A stretch of 63,954 nucleotides of DNA, counting the filler, from Octopus bimaculoides (lineage: Eukaryota), in assembly GCF_001194135.2 (NCBI RefSeq). It is 4 parts of 4 records of this genome, joined end to end, with 100 filler letters (N's around TTAATTAATTAA, not from the genome) between each part and the next. Parts side by side here need not be neighbours in the genome. Positions count along the whole stretch, not along the records: positions 1 to 29,726 come from NC_068985.1; positions 29,827 to 59,050 come from NC_068996.1; 2 more parts are not named here. The stretch is one strand, 5' to 3'. Position numbers and translations under genes: made by a program. How positions within the stretch are numbered: position 1 is the stretch's first letter; every line of letters begins with the position of its first letter. Shown piece by piece: positions 24,394 to 37,155 of this stretch. Under the pieces are notes generated by a model. It made no database searches, was not told the DNA's origin, and worked only from the letters and a program-made list of their open reading frames with translations.

Positions 24394-24860
24394 ACGAGGA
24401 GGTGTTCAAAAATTCCTGGTTTTAAGGGTATCTCGAAAGGCCTGGTTGGAGGCCCAACCTTCCGAGTTTTTTTTTTTTTTTTTTTNNNNNNNNNNNNNNN
24501 NNNNNNNNNNNNNNNNNNNNNNNNNNNNNNNNNNNNNNNNNNNNNNNNNTGCTGCAATAAGTGTGTGAATCTGAGAGGAGAAATATGTTGAAGGTTTTAA
24601 GGGTGTCTCGAAAGGCCTGGCTGGAGGCCCAACCTTCCGAGTTTTTTTGTTTTTTTTACAGAACTTAGAAAAACTGAAGGACTGCTGCAATAAGTGTGTG
24701 AATCTGAGAGGGGAAATATGCTGAAGGTTTTGAGGGTGTCTCGAAAGGCCTGGTTGGAGGCCCAACCTTCCGAGTTTTTTTTTTACAGAGCTTAGAAAAA
24801 CTGAAGGACCGCTGCAATAAGTGTATGAATCTGAGAGGGGAAATATGTTGAAGAAAATCA
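24394..24860 (+). mobile_element. mariner deletion derivative with about 133-bp tandem units
   Basis: TA-CGAGG start; units begin at 24426, 24601 and 24734 and encode a FLQSLEKLKDRCNKC(V/M)NLRG-like mariner C-terminus. Confidence 0.7.
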
Positions 24861-24959
24861 TAATTAACTGATCCTCCTGTATTTTCTTTTACTCAAAGCC
24901 AAGAACTTTTCAGCAGCCCCTCGTATGTGTGTGAATCATAATATCTTACTTACAGTTGT

Positions 24960-25180
24960 TATAACGGTTTCAAAATTTGGCACAAGGCCAGCAATTTGGG
25001 GGAGGGGATAATTCGATTACATCGACTTCAGTGTTCAACTGATACTTATTTCAACGAACCCTGAAATGATGAAAAACAAAGTCGAAAACGGCGGGATTTG
25101 AACTCACAACGTAAAGACGGACGAGATGCCGTTAAGTATTTTGCCCGGCGCGTTAACGATTCTACCAGCTCACCGACTTA
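24960..25180 (-). mobile_element. SINE family A
   Basis: Reverse complement of the head, core and aaatttggcacaaggccagc tail. Confidence 0.85.
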
Positions 25181-25774
25181 ATTACAGCTCTTCTGAAAAT
25201 TTAGCGACGTCTCAATGAAAATATCAACTCCTGGAGAAACGATCGTTATAGCGAATCAGTGCTAAACGGGGTAGCGCTAATCGAAGTATTACTGTAAACA
25301 GCAACGCTTCGATTAGTACAAATAATCAATCCGATAAAGGCCTTGCAGACATTGAATTTGTTCTGTTTCAAGTTATTATAAAATATAACATTATGGTAAT
25401 TGGTTCAAACTCAATAAAAATATGCAATAAAAATTGTAAGACACAGTTTTCAAATAACTAAACACCAAAAGACATGAGTAATGTATTAATTGCGTAATTT
25501 ACTTTAAATATTAGTTTAAACTACATAATAAAGTATATTTTATTTTAGAAATTTAAATTTTAGAATTTGCAAATTTTATGAGCCAGCACTTGTATTAAAT
25601 ATTTCTTTAGTACTGGTTCGATTATCATTATTTTCACAGATATACATACATCAAAGCTTTGACTTGAATTGTCGCTTTAGAAGCAATACTTTTACTTCTT
25701 GGAGTTGTTTGTAAGTCACACAAAAAAAAAACTGGTACTAATTAACCACCTGCTTTTATTTCAGGTGTGAAAAC

Positions 25775-26318
25775 GCGTGGCCTTGTGGTTAAGGTGTTGC
25801 ATTCACGCTTACAAGCTCATGGTTTCGATTCCGGGAGCGGGCTGTGAGTTACGCTGCTTCAGTCTATTCAGCTGTAAATGGCGTCCCGTTCAAGGGAAAA
25901 TGTTGAGATTTTGGTCACTTGTATACCATGGAAAGTAGATAACCAGCATAGGACTTTGAGACAATACTTCACCTTTTTTTTATTTCAGTTACAAATGAAA
26001 ACTGGAATTCCGTCGCTTACGACGACCGGGGTTCCAGTTGATCCGAGCAACGAAACTGCCTGCTCATGAACTTAATGTGCAAGTGGCTGAGTACTCCACA
26101 GACAAGCGACCCTTAACGTAATTCTCAGGGAGATTCAGCATGACACAGAATGTGACAAGGTTGACCCTTTTAAAATACAGGTGCTATTCATTTTTGTCAG
26201 CTGAGTGGACTGGAGCAACGTAAAATAAAGTGTCTTGCTCAAGGACACAACGCGCCGACGGGAATCGAACACACGTCCTTACGATCCTGAACCGAATACC
26301 CACCTAATCACTAAGCCA
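25775..26318. mobile_element. Two family B SINEs: head at 25775-25880 (+) and near-complete copy at 26005-26318 (-)
   Basis: tRNA-like boxes, ttgctcaaggacacaacgc CORE-like domain, and tail shared with 40644-41020. Confidence 0.8.
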
Positions 26319-26619
26319 TGCAACTTCATAAGTTTTGTTATATACATATTATAAAGGCGGCGAGCTGGCAGAATCGTTTGCACACCGTCTATCGAATTGA
26401 ATAAGATTTCTTTTCTATTCAGAATATGGTCAGCTCTGTGTGTGTTTTGTTTTTTGAGAATATGTTGTTGTAGGGAAGGAATTATTTTTGTGTAAACAAG
26501 ATATTTATGGTTTACGTGCCTTTTTGGCATTTATTTATTGTAATGTTGTTATCTCCCATATGGTTTTCTTTTTGTCTTCTTCCTTAAGAGCGTTCATTGT
26601 TCAAAAGTCATCCGCTTAA

Positions 26620-26860
26620 AAAGCAACTGACAAATGGTCTTGTTCTGAGCGGTAAGTATTTGCTATGGATACACATGTCTATTAAGGCTTGCTGGTGCCT
26701 TGAAAATCTTTTGGCAAATGGAACAAGTTGAGGACTCAGTTTGCTCGAGTGTTTGTGGAACATTTACTACATGTTTTCTTTAGTGGACAGCAAGGCCTAC
26801 TTTCCTCCTTGCTACAAAACCACAATGGCAGGTATGGTTTCCATTTAGAGAAGTAGCATT
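26620..26860 (-). pseudogene. Decayed C2H2 zinc-finger coding frame
   Basis: NGNHTCHCGFVARRKVGLAVH*RKH...STCSICQKIFKAPASLNRHVYP*; in-frame stops present. Confidence 0.6.
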
Positions 26861-27011
26861 TTGCCAGCGTGCTTTCATGCTTGAACAAAGTTGGTCCCGA
26901 TGTTGGAGTCGATTTTGCTCAAATCTTTGAACTGAGGAGAAGCAGGACTTGTGTCAGGTCCTGCATTCCGATGCTTCGTTTTCCCAGGAAGAAAAGGGAA
27001 GAATATTATTG

Positions 27012-27056
27012 ACAATGACTTCAAAGTTTCAGTTAGTTAAGCCATCGTCGGACTGC
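27012..27056 (-). ncRNA. Hammerhead-like motif, family 2 (inverted copy)
   Basis: Minus strand GCAGT CCGACGA tggcttaactaact GAAAC tttgaa GTC ATTGT. Confidence 0.5.
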
Positions 27057-27418
27057 GATGCATTAGAGTTAATCTTGGCTTTATATAGTCTCTGTTGGTT
27101 TTAAAAATTGGACCTTGTGCCTTTGACTTTTACACTGTCAAAGTAAAGGATTAAATCCAATAACACAAAAAATAAACTACTAACACATCCTATACCTACC
27201 TAACAAAGGGGACACCTAAACGTACACACTTGCTTACAAAGCCCTACGTACACGAATGAGTCCTAAACAATAACATAACCCCAAATTTAATCAATAAAAA
27301 TTTCTCCAAAACACCTCTCCATAACAACCCACCCATAAAACTAATTATCGCTCCATTTAAACCCACAGACACGAGGAAGACTTTAACCCAGCAGAGACTG
27401 TATTAATTCTAATATATC

Positions 27419-27463
27419 GCAGTCCGACGATGGTTTAACTGGTCGAAACTTTGAAGTCACTGT
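27419..27463 (+). ncRNA. Hammerhead-like motif, family 2
   Basis: Stem I GCAGT/ACTGT; CCGACGA (U4C relative to CUGANGA); stem II ggtt/ggtc with wobble pairs; GAAAC tttgaa GTC. Confidence 0.55.
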
Positions 27464-28313
27464 CAACAATATTTTTAAGAACTCTACAAAAGTGTAGAAT
27501 GTCCCCTTATATTAATGTAAAATTGTTTTTATTNNNNNNNNNNNNNNNNNNNNNNNNNNNNNNNNNNNNNNNNNNNNNNNNNNNNNNNNNNNNNNNNNNN
27601 NNNNNNNNNNNNNNNNNNNNNNNNNNNNNNNNNNNNNNNNNNNNNNNNNNNNNNNNNNNNNNNNNNNNNNNNNNNNNNNNNNNNNNNNNNNNNNNNNNNN
27701 NNNNNNNNNNNNNNNNNNNNNNNNNNNNNNNNNNNNNNNNNNNNNNNNNNNNNNNNNNNNNNNNNNNNNNNNNNNNNNNNNNNNNNNNNNNNNNNNNNNN
27801 NNNNNNNNNNNNNNNNNNNNNNNNNNNNNNNNNNNNNNNNNNNNNNNNNNNNNNNNNNNNNNNNNNNNNNNNNNNNNNNNNNNNNNNNNNNNNNNNNNNN
27901 NNNNNNNNNNNNNNNNNNNNNNNNNNNNNNNNNNNNNNNNNNNNNNNNNNNNNNNNNNNNNNNNNNNNNNNNNNNNNNNNNNNNNNNNNNNNNNNNNNNN
28001 NNNNNNNNNNNNNNNNNNNNNNNNNNNNNNNNNNNNNNNNNNNNNNNNNNNNNNNNNNNNNNNNNNNNNNNNNNNNNNNNNNNNNNNNNNNNNNNNNNNN
28101 NNNNNNNNNNNNNNNNNNNNNNNNNNNNNNNNNNNNNNNNNNNNNNNNNNNNNNNNNNNNNNNNNNNNNNNNNNNNNNNNNNNNNNNNNNNNNNNNNNNN
28201 NNNNNNNNNNNNNNNNNNNNNNNNNNNNNNNNNNNNNNNNNNNNNNNNNNNNNNNNNNNNNNNNNNNNNNNNNNNNNNNNNNNNNNNNNNNNNNNNNNNN
28301 NNNNNNNNNNNNN

Positions 28314-28361
<48 letters not shown>

Positions 28362-28369
28362 CACACACA

Positions 28370-28520
28370 CACGACGGGCTTCTTTCAGTTTTTGTCTACT
28401 AAATCCACTCACAAGGCTTTGGTTGGCCCGAAAACACTTGCCCGAGGTGCCACACAGTGGGACTGAACCCGGAACCATGTGGTTAGGAAGTAAGCTTGTT
28501 ACCATACAGCCACGCCTACA
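28370..28520 (-). mobile_element. SINE family D, 5' half
   Basis: acgacgggcttctttcagttt...gggactgaacccggaaccatgtgg...accatacagccacgcct. Confidence 0.88.
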
Positions 28521-28979
28521 CTCACACACAAACACCTACATGTTATACTTCAACAGATATGAAGATGAAACAAAAATTACATGTATATTTTTTAAATATA
28601 TAACTAGCGAGAATTTTTTTTTTAATTAACATTAAAATATAATTATTTTTAATAAATATAAATTACATAAATTTTTTTTTAGAATTAAGATAAAAGTAAA
28701 AATAAAGTAAAATACAGTAAAATAAAGTAAAAACAAAGATAAAAAATATCGTGAATTTCCAAAAAGGGTTAGAATATATTTGATATAAGGAAAAGAGTGG
28801 TTGCGTAAATGACTGAGATTGGTTGGCAGATATATGGATAGGTGGGTTGGTAATATGCAGGTGAGTGTATAAGTAGATGGATAAGCAAATGCATATACGA
28901 ACAGGTTGGTAAATAGATAGGTGTGTGTTTTTTATCAAGAAGAAAGGGAGCGCCATTCACTCGAGGGGTTTGCATATGA

Positions 28980-29345
28980 CGACGTAGGTGATGGTGATGA
29001 CAATAAAGATGGTTCTAGTGGAAGTGATGGGTGCGTTGGAGGTAATGCTGCTTGCTGAGTAATGGTCGGCGATTGGTGATGGTGGTGGTGGTGGTGGTGG
29101 TGGTGATGATGATGATGATGATGAGGAGGAGGAGGAGGAGGAGGATGGTTTACGTGACATAGATGACAGTAACGGTTAGGCTATTGCAGATGGGTTGATG
29201 ATGAAGAGGACGAAAGTTGGTGTGGTTGATGTAGTAATTAATGTGGGAAAGACGAGGAGGAGGATGGTAGATGGTACCAAGAGAAATGGTGGTGGTGGTG
29301 GTGGTGGTGACGTTGGTGGTGGTGGTGGTGGTGGTGATTGTAGTG
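28980..29345. repeat. (GGT)n/(GAT)n/(GAG)n low-complexity tract
   Basis: Seen directly; interrupted by stops, no convincing ORF. Confidence 0.85.
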
Positions 29346-29726
29346 ATTGTATTAAAGATAAATAAAGCAATACAGTAATAAAATCAAAAATACTCTTAAA
29401 GATTCTAGGTGGATTGCGACTCAGCTTGTCCACCCGCAGCTCTGAACGCGGGTACACACACACACGCGCACGTGTGCGTGCAGACACACATACATAGATG
29501 CATACATACATACATACATGTTTATAGATAAAATCTTTATATATATAATTTATATATATATAATATATATAATATTTATATATATATATATATATATATA
29601 TACTCTATCAATCTAGAGTAATAATTTGTAGTTTTGAAATCAGTAGTTCTTTGACTGCTATTTCTGAATTCTCAGTATGTTGGAGAAGCAGGTTACTGTC
29701 AATCCCTATATATTTATGATTATATA

Positions 29727-29826
29727 NNNNNNNNNNNNNNNNNNNNNNNNNNNNNNNNNNNNNNNNNNNNTTAATTAATTAANNNNNNNNNNNNNNNNNN
29801 NNNNNNNNNNNNNNNNNNNNNNNNNN
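29727..29826. other. Scaffolding spacer artefact 44N-TTAATTAATTAA-44N (also 59051-59150 and 62511-62610)
   Basis: Three identical 100-bp spacers; the palindrome encodes stops in all six frames. Confidence 0.9.
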
Positions 29827-29888
<62 letters not shown>

Positions 29889-30008
29889 TATGTATGTGTG
29901 TATATATGCATATGTATATATATATATATATGTGTGTGTGTATGTACATATGTATGTGTGTATATATGTATATGTATATATATTTATATATATATGTTTG
30001 TTTATATT

Positions 30009-30051
<43 letters not shown>

Positions 30052-30411
30052 CGTATATGTGTATGTATGTATATATATATGCATCTATGCATACACATCA
30101 TCATCATAGATGCTGGTTGTGCACATCAATTATATATAAGCAGAAGTTTATCATATTTCTTCTGCAGTGTCATCATGATATAATCTGGTCATAATTTGTT
30201 TTAAAAATCGAATTAAATTTAAGTGTATGCACTCAGAAAGATTAAATCAGAAGTTGTATTATTTTTAAAACAGATTAAAGTTTGCTATATTTGTATTGAT
30301 CCTAGAGTAGTAGGTTCAAGCATGGTAGCACACCGTGTAATAATAACCAGCATATACCACTGTATTTGTGTATGTGTATATGCACATATATAAGTTATAT
30401 GAATCTATATA

Positions 30412-30442
<31 letters not shown>

Positions 30443-30462
30443 GGGTGAATGTATATCATATA

Positions 30463-30506
<44 letters not shown>

Positions 30507-31567
30507 NNNNNNNNNNNNNNNNNNNNNNNNNNNNNNNNNNNNNNNNNNNNNNNNNNNNNNNNNNNNNNNNNNNNNNNNNNNNNNNNNNNNNNNNNNNNNN
30601 NNNNNNNNNNNNNNNNNNNNNNNNNNNNNNNNNNNNNNNNNNNNNNNNNNNNNNNNNNNNNNNNNNNNNNNNNNNNNNNNNNNNNNNNNNNNNNNNNNNN
30701 NNNNNNNNNNNNNNNNNNNNNNNNNNNNNNNNNNNNNNNNNNNNNNNNNNNNTATATATATATATATATATATGTATATAATTCATATATGTATATATGA
30801 ATCTATATGTGTGTGTGTTTGTGTGCATAGATATTTTTTATTGGGATTTTTATTGAATATCTATTATCAAGAGGGATATTTTTGCCCTTTTTAAAAGTTT
30901 TCCTTTTTTTTTTTACTTCTCCATTTTTATTTATTTTTTTTTGAAATTAACATTTGTATATAAATAAAAACATCAAAAAGTGACTGTAGAGGAGGACACA
31001 TTTTATGTACCATATTCCTGTTTGTATTTCAATGTTTTTTTTTTCAACTGGTCGAGGTGGTTTTTGTTTTTTAATTTTTTTTTTATGTTATTCCAGTGAA
31101 TGCTTTTTATATAATATTACTATTGAGATATTATATAAATACTCCTAGCAATATCAGCATTTTAACCAACTTCTTGCTGCAGTATTTTAACAAGAGATTG
31201 TATTTATTTAGATTTATGTAATTTTTTTCTTTAAGTTAATGTAACATATATTTGGGTATGTATATAATAATTATATTTGTTGATTATATATATATGTATA
31301 TATGTATGTATATAAAATAGTAACATCCAAATGGCGTTTTTGTACTTATGTCACACCAAAATCCCTGGTGAGTTTGATCATTGGTCATTAATTGGATTTG
31401 GTAATTACATAACTACAATATCCTGTCAGCACTTGATGTTGATAATGTTGTATTATATAACTTTCAGCTTTGTGTAATTTATACCTAGCCATTTTCTGGC
31501 ATCTTACATGTTGATATGCCTCGATTCTAAATGAATCCCTATAAATGTATGTATGTGTATGTATGTA

Positions 31568-31615
<48 letters not shown>

Positions 31616-32812
31616 TACACATACAAACATGCATTCACACTTACATATATACATACGTAGTCAACTATATATGTTCATACATATTTATTTTCTTGAAACA
31701 TTTATTTAAAGAAGCGTGGAGTTAAACTGCTGGCCTGGATATCTTTGTAAGTTTAAAGCATTGCTAATATTGATAATAGAGAATATTCTTATTCTTATTC
31801 TTCTTATTATTATATGTACATTATTTCTTTTGTTAATTCTGATATAATCTAACGTTCATTGCAAAAAAAAAAAATGAAAAATAGTGGCAAAAAAAAAACA
31901 AAGAAAATTTAAAAATTAAAAAAAAAATACAAAAAACAAAGCAATTAGAATTAAATAAATATAAAGTAGTATAGTGAGATGGAAAAAAAGTACCTGTATT
32001 TAAGTGGTATTAGATCAACTAATTTTTGTGCAAATTGCTATACTTGATCTGTACATAAACAAACTCCCGAAATAATTGGATAAAATATATATATATATCG
32101 TTATATATATAGTTTATTGTATTTTCTCCTCTCCCATCCCTTTTTTTGTGTTCATTTTTTTCTTGTGTTTGTACCTTGTTATTAAGGGCAGCTTCACTTT
32201 GTCATGCACAAAATAACTTCAATCTGTTGTCGTTGCTGTTGTTGTTTTGTTTTTGTTTTTTTGTTAGTATTTGTTTTGCTTTTCTATGATATAAATGGCA
32301 AGAACATTTATAATAGATAATGAAAATGAAATTTTAGTAATTCTATTGCGGTGGTGAAAATCTGATAAATTTGATTTTAAAAATTAGGTTAAAATAAACT
32401 TTGTGAAACAATCATTCTGTCACCCTTAGACTTAGAATTATGACATTTAAATAGACAATTTTTGATTGGTCTCATTTTGATTGAAGAAAACAATTTTAAC
32501 ATAAATTGAATTTCTTTTTTGATTTGCAAAAGACAAAAATTCAAATTTGAAAATTCGAAAAAAAATTTTTTTTTTAAGAAATCTTTCTTCTGAATGTGAA
32601 AATTTAAAAATAAAAAGATATATAAGATATGGAACAAAATTATGATTGTGTGTGTGTGTGTGTGATAAAGTAAAATAAAATATTTTAAATTGTATATTTA
32701 AATTTGAACCATGGAAATAAGCTATTTGCAACACACACATATACGCATGTGTATGTGTGTGTTTGTTTTAATATACAAATGCATGTGTAAGAAAGTTTAT
32801 ACAAATGCACAT

Positions 32813-32870
<58 letters not shown>

Positions 32871-33644
32871 ATGTATGTATGTATATAACCAAATGTGGAA
32901 TATCAGCTGTAGAGGCTTTTGTTTGTTAAAAAAGTAAATTAAGCAGATATGATTTAAAATAATCCATTTTAAATACTTACTAGTAATATTGTNNNNNNNN
33001 NNATATATAAACCAACTATATATAGTAATATAAACCAACTATATATATATATATATATAGTTGGTTTATATTACTAAATTGGTTTTGTGCGTGGAAAATT
33101 TGATCAGTTAAAGTTTTGTCAACATATTAATGTTAACAAGTCTTTCCCTTTAATATTGCTCTTTTAGAATCAGTAGTTCAATTTCTTTATATTTTTTATA
33201 TTTTAAAATAATTAAATTGTGTTTTCCTCTTTTATCAAAAAGAAAAGCATGAAAGCAAATAATGGTCATTAAGTATATTATATCACCTAAAAACCAATAT
33301 TTTTCTATATTCACCATTCTTCTTCACGATTATGAAAAAAAAGCAAATATATAAAATAATAATAACTGAATGTTATTCCATACTTGAAAATTAAAATAAA
33401 ATTTTTAAATTTTACTTATTTTTCTATTTAATATTTAGTTCTAATCAAATCAATTTGCGCTATAAACATCTAAGTTTTAAATATGTATCTTAAAATGAAA
33501 ATAAGAAAAAAACATGAAATATCATTAAATTTATTATCATTTAAATAAAACTATATCCTAATATGGTAGTTTATTTCTTCTGCAGTAGTACTGGTGTGTA
33601 TGTTTATGTGTGCGTAGGTGTAGGTGTGCATGTATATTTGTGTG

Positions 33645-33688
<44 letters not shown>

Positions 33689-36523
33689 CCTGTTCACAGC
33701 AGCCTAGCTATAGTTATGATAGTGCACTACCATTATAGTTATTGTTGTTTACAAGATGTATAAAGAACTCTGTGGTTGAATAGAGTCATATTTGTCAAAA
33801 TGTATAATTTAGACTCAAGCTCTGTTTACTTGTGTTCTATAGTAGCAAAACTGACCTTGTTTATGGCACTGAAGTGATTTCTAGTTCACGTATTGGTTTA
33901 ACACTCAGAAACAATTCTAGAATCAGTAGTACCAAAATTTCTGCTATGTACATGATTTGCTTATGATAAAGTGGTAAAATTATGAAGGCATCAACATATG
34001 ATTCACCATTCCATGAAATACAAGTTGTAATGCATTTAGTCATTCTAATTTTTCTAATTGGGTAACTTCTTTGAACAAAGCAGTTTAATCAATTTTAATT
34101 CATAGACTTTCTTAGCATGGGAGGGAGAGTGAAAGTAAGAGTAGTAATCTACTTGGTTAAGAATTAGCATTTTCCAGAGTAGAGCTGATTCACTTTAAAG
34201 CTGTACTTGTTGAGCATGTGACTTGATCCAAGAACATTGAAACTGAAGCAATTACACTGTGGAAGAGCCTTTATAAACATTAAAAAATTACACAAAAAGA
34301 AAAACACTTGTTCATTTTTGGTATACTTTAGTGTTAAAATTTTCTTCACACATTTGTGACCAACTGATCAGTGGTACATTTACAGAAAATAGGTTGCATT
34401 TAAGCAATTTAAAATTTTGTTACCTCTTGAAATATATTAAAAGTGAATTTGTGAATATCTTTCGTTTTCTTGTTTTTTTGTTTTTTTGTTTTTTTTAACA
34501 GTTAAACTGTTGCTTCCATAATGTAATTTCTCAGCTAACTCATTTCTTCATGTATTTAACTTGTCAACCAACAGTCTACCACTAGTTAAATTTGTAATGA
34601 AAATATGCATCAGTGCTCACTGGAAATTTCACTCTCTCATTCATTCTGAGATTTTTCAAATGCAGTATATCTCTTTGGTTGAAAGCACATTCTTTTATCA
34701 GCTTTTCATTATTAAATGAGTTTTTTTAAACATGTTTTTATATATATTTACTTTTCTATATAGTGTGTGTGTGTGGATATATATGTATACATATGTGTAT
34801 AAATAATATATATCGTATAAATATAAATGTGCTTTACATATATATGTAAAGCACATATTTATACATATGTATATATGTATATATATATATATATATTGTA
34901 TAAATATAAATATGTATTTTTATATAATTATAGATAAATATATATTGTATAAATATGCATACTGTAAATATATATGAGTATATAGATATTTATATTGAAT
35001 AAATATGTATAGTTTAATATATATATATATATATTTAATAACAGTTTAATTTGGCTCCATACTAATTAGTCTTGTAGGCTCATCAAATAAACCAATCTTG
35101 GACTTTGTTTGACAAGCCTATAACACCTTACATTGCATGGAGCTGAATCAATCTGTTATTAAATAATACATGTAACTCCTACCAGATGTGTTGAGTACCA
35201 CTTTATTTTGTTTGTCCACTCATTCATAAGTGTGCATGGTGTATTTTTAATATGTGCAGAATGGGAACACATTCTCTGTCAAACATATTGCCTTATAGAC
35301 ATGACTGTGCTGAAGTTTGGTCTTTGTTATTAAGGTTTCTCATATTTCCTCATTAGTCCTTTATGTTTTGAACATCATCATTCCTAAGTCCTTTAGTGCA
35401 CTAACATTTTGAAGCTATCTTAGTTTCATTCTCAGATTGAAATGATTATAGAATGGCATTTCTTTCACAATGTCTGGGTTGGGGCACCGAAGGTCATGGA
35501 AGTGCTGGTGATTTTACTGGTGATAAATCAGTTGTATAATCTTCTAAAGTCTTTATATATATAACTGCAGATTATAATGAAAACATTTAGACTTCTTGAA
35601 ATAAGATCTAAAATGACATGATCGCATAGATTTAACCATCCCAGTGTTTTGAATGTATTTCAAATGCTGTTGTGTTAAAAATGTCATGATGAAAAGGAAC
35701 ACATAAGGATTAGTTTAATGAATAATCTTTTTCAACAACATGAGTATTTGTCATAGCTGGTCCCTGAGTATTTTCTTAATGGAATAATAGATAAAAATGC
35801 ATATTAGACATGTAGAATCTTAGTATTTATTTTCAATGGAAATCTAAAAAAATATTTATGATGAATCTTTTAATGTGTCAAATGTTAGTGTACATCATCA
35901 TTATGAATTTTTAGTTACAATAATAATTATGCTTTTGTTTTTGTTTTTTGTTTTTGTAATTATCCAGAGAAATATTTCTTTGTGACATACTCGAAATTAA
36001 AACCAAGCATTCTGTTTCATTTAAAATTATGAGCAATTTGTAGCATTAGCAATTGTGAAAACTTTTAGTTTTTAACAAGTATTTTTGTTAATTATGATCA
36101 CACCACCATTAAGTTAGTTTGATTTGTTGAGGATACCATGCCTGGTTTAGAATTTTACCTTCAGGGAAGCTATTTTTCAACTGTAGATGTTATTTTCTTA
36201 CAAAGCATGTGTATTTCACAAATTATTGCAGTATTTTCCTGACCCTCAAAGCCCCTAAAAGGAGTGTCTTTCTGGTCCTTTAAGCCATAAAAATTGTTTA
36301 TGATTAACACTTAGATAACATTGATTTGAGTCCTTCCTAGGTTATGAATTATCTACAGTGTGATTGATCCTAAGTGGATTTCTTGTGAGGCTGCTATTTG
36401 TGTTTTACGCATGTGTATGTGTTTATTTGTGAGTATGTGTGCATGAGAGAGAGAAGTAGGATAGCTCACATTTATTTTTTTTTTAAACTAGAAAATAAAT
36501 ACCTGTGTGTGTGTGCATGTATG

Positions 36524-36556
<33 letters not shown>

Positions 36557-37097
36557 TCACACACACAATGTTGTGTGTGTACATAGTATTTAAATTGTTT
36601 TGTTTTAAGGTTAATCCATAGATGTTAGCTTAGCTCTGTTGGAGAATTGTTCAGTATGTAATCTATTACTTTAAAAATCCATTCTACTTTACACTATCCC
36701 CACAGAAAACAGTCATGATCCACTGAGAGTACCTTCAAAGATATAGCTTGATATCCCAAGGTAGTGCAGATAATATATGCAAGTGATTGGTTGTACTTGG
36801 TATTTTTATTACTACCATAATTTTAATGCTATAACTATAACTCCGAACTACTATTGCTGCCTAACACTTTATAACAAAACTGCTATATGATGTATGTATG
36901 TATGTATGTGTAAGTATGCATATAATTTAATATTAATAATTATAATTTTTTTTTAATTTAATTTTTTTCTGTGTGTACTTATGCATGTGTCTGCATGAAT
37001 ACGTGTATACATGTGTGCACTACATATGTAGCATACATATATATATATATATATGTGTGTACATGTTTATGTATAAATATGTGTGTGTATGAATGTA

Positions 37098-37155
<58 letters not shown>

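Noticed and set aside
26589-26657. 63-nt plus-strand exon-like segment (strong acceptor, GCG|gtaagt donor, frame RSLFKSHPLKKQLTNGLVLS)
   Set aside because: It overlaps the end of the minus-strand zinc-finger relic and the peptide is unrecognised. It is not called without RNA evidence, although exonisation is possible.
29771-29782. TTAATTAATTAA islands inside gaps (also 59095-59106 and 62555-62566)
   Set aside because: Each sits in an identical 44N+12+44N spacer; this is a six-frame-stop scaffolding linker, not biology.
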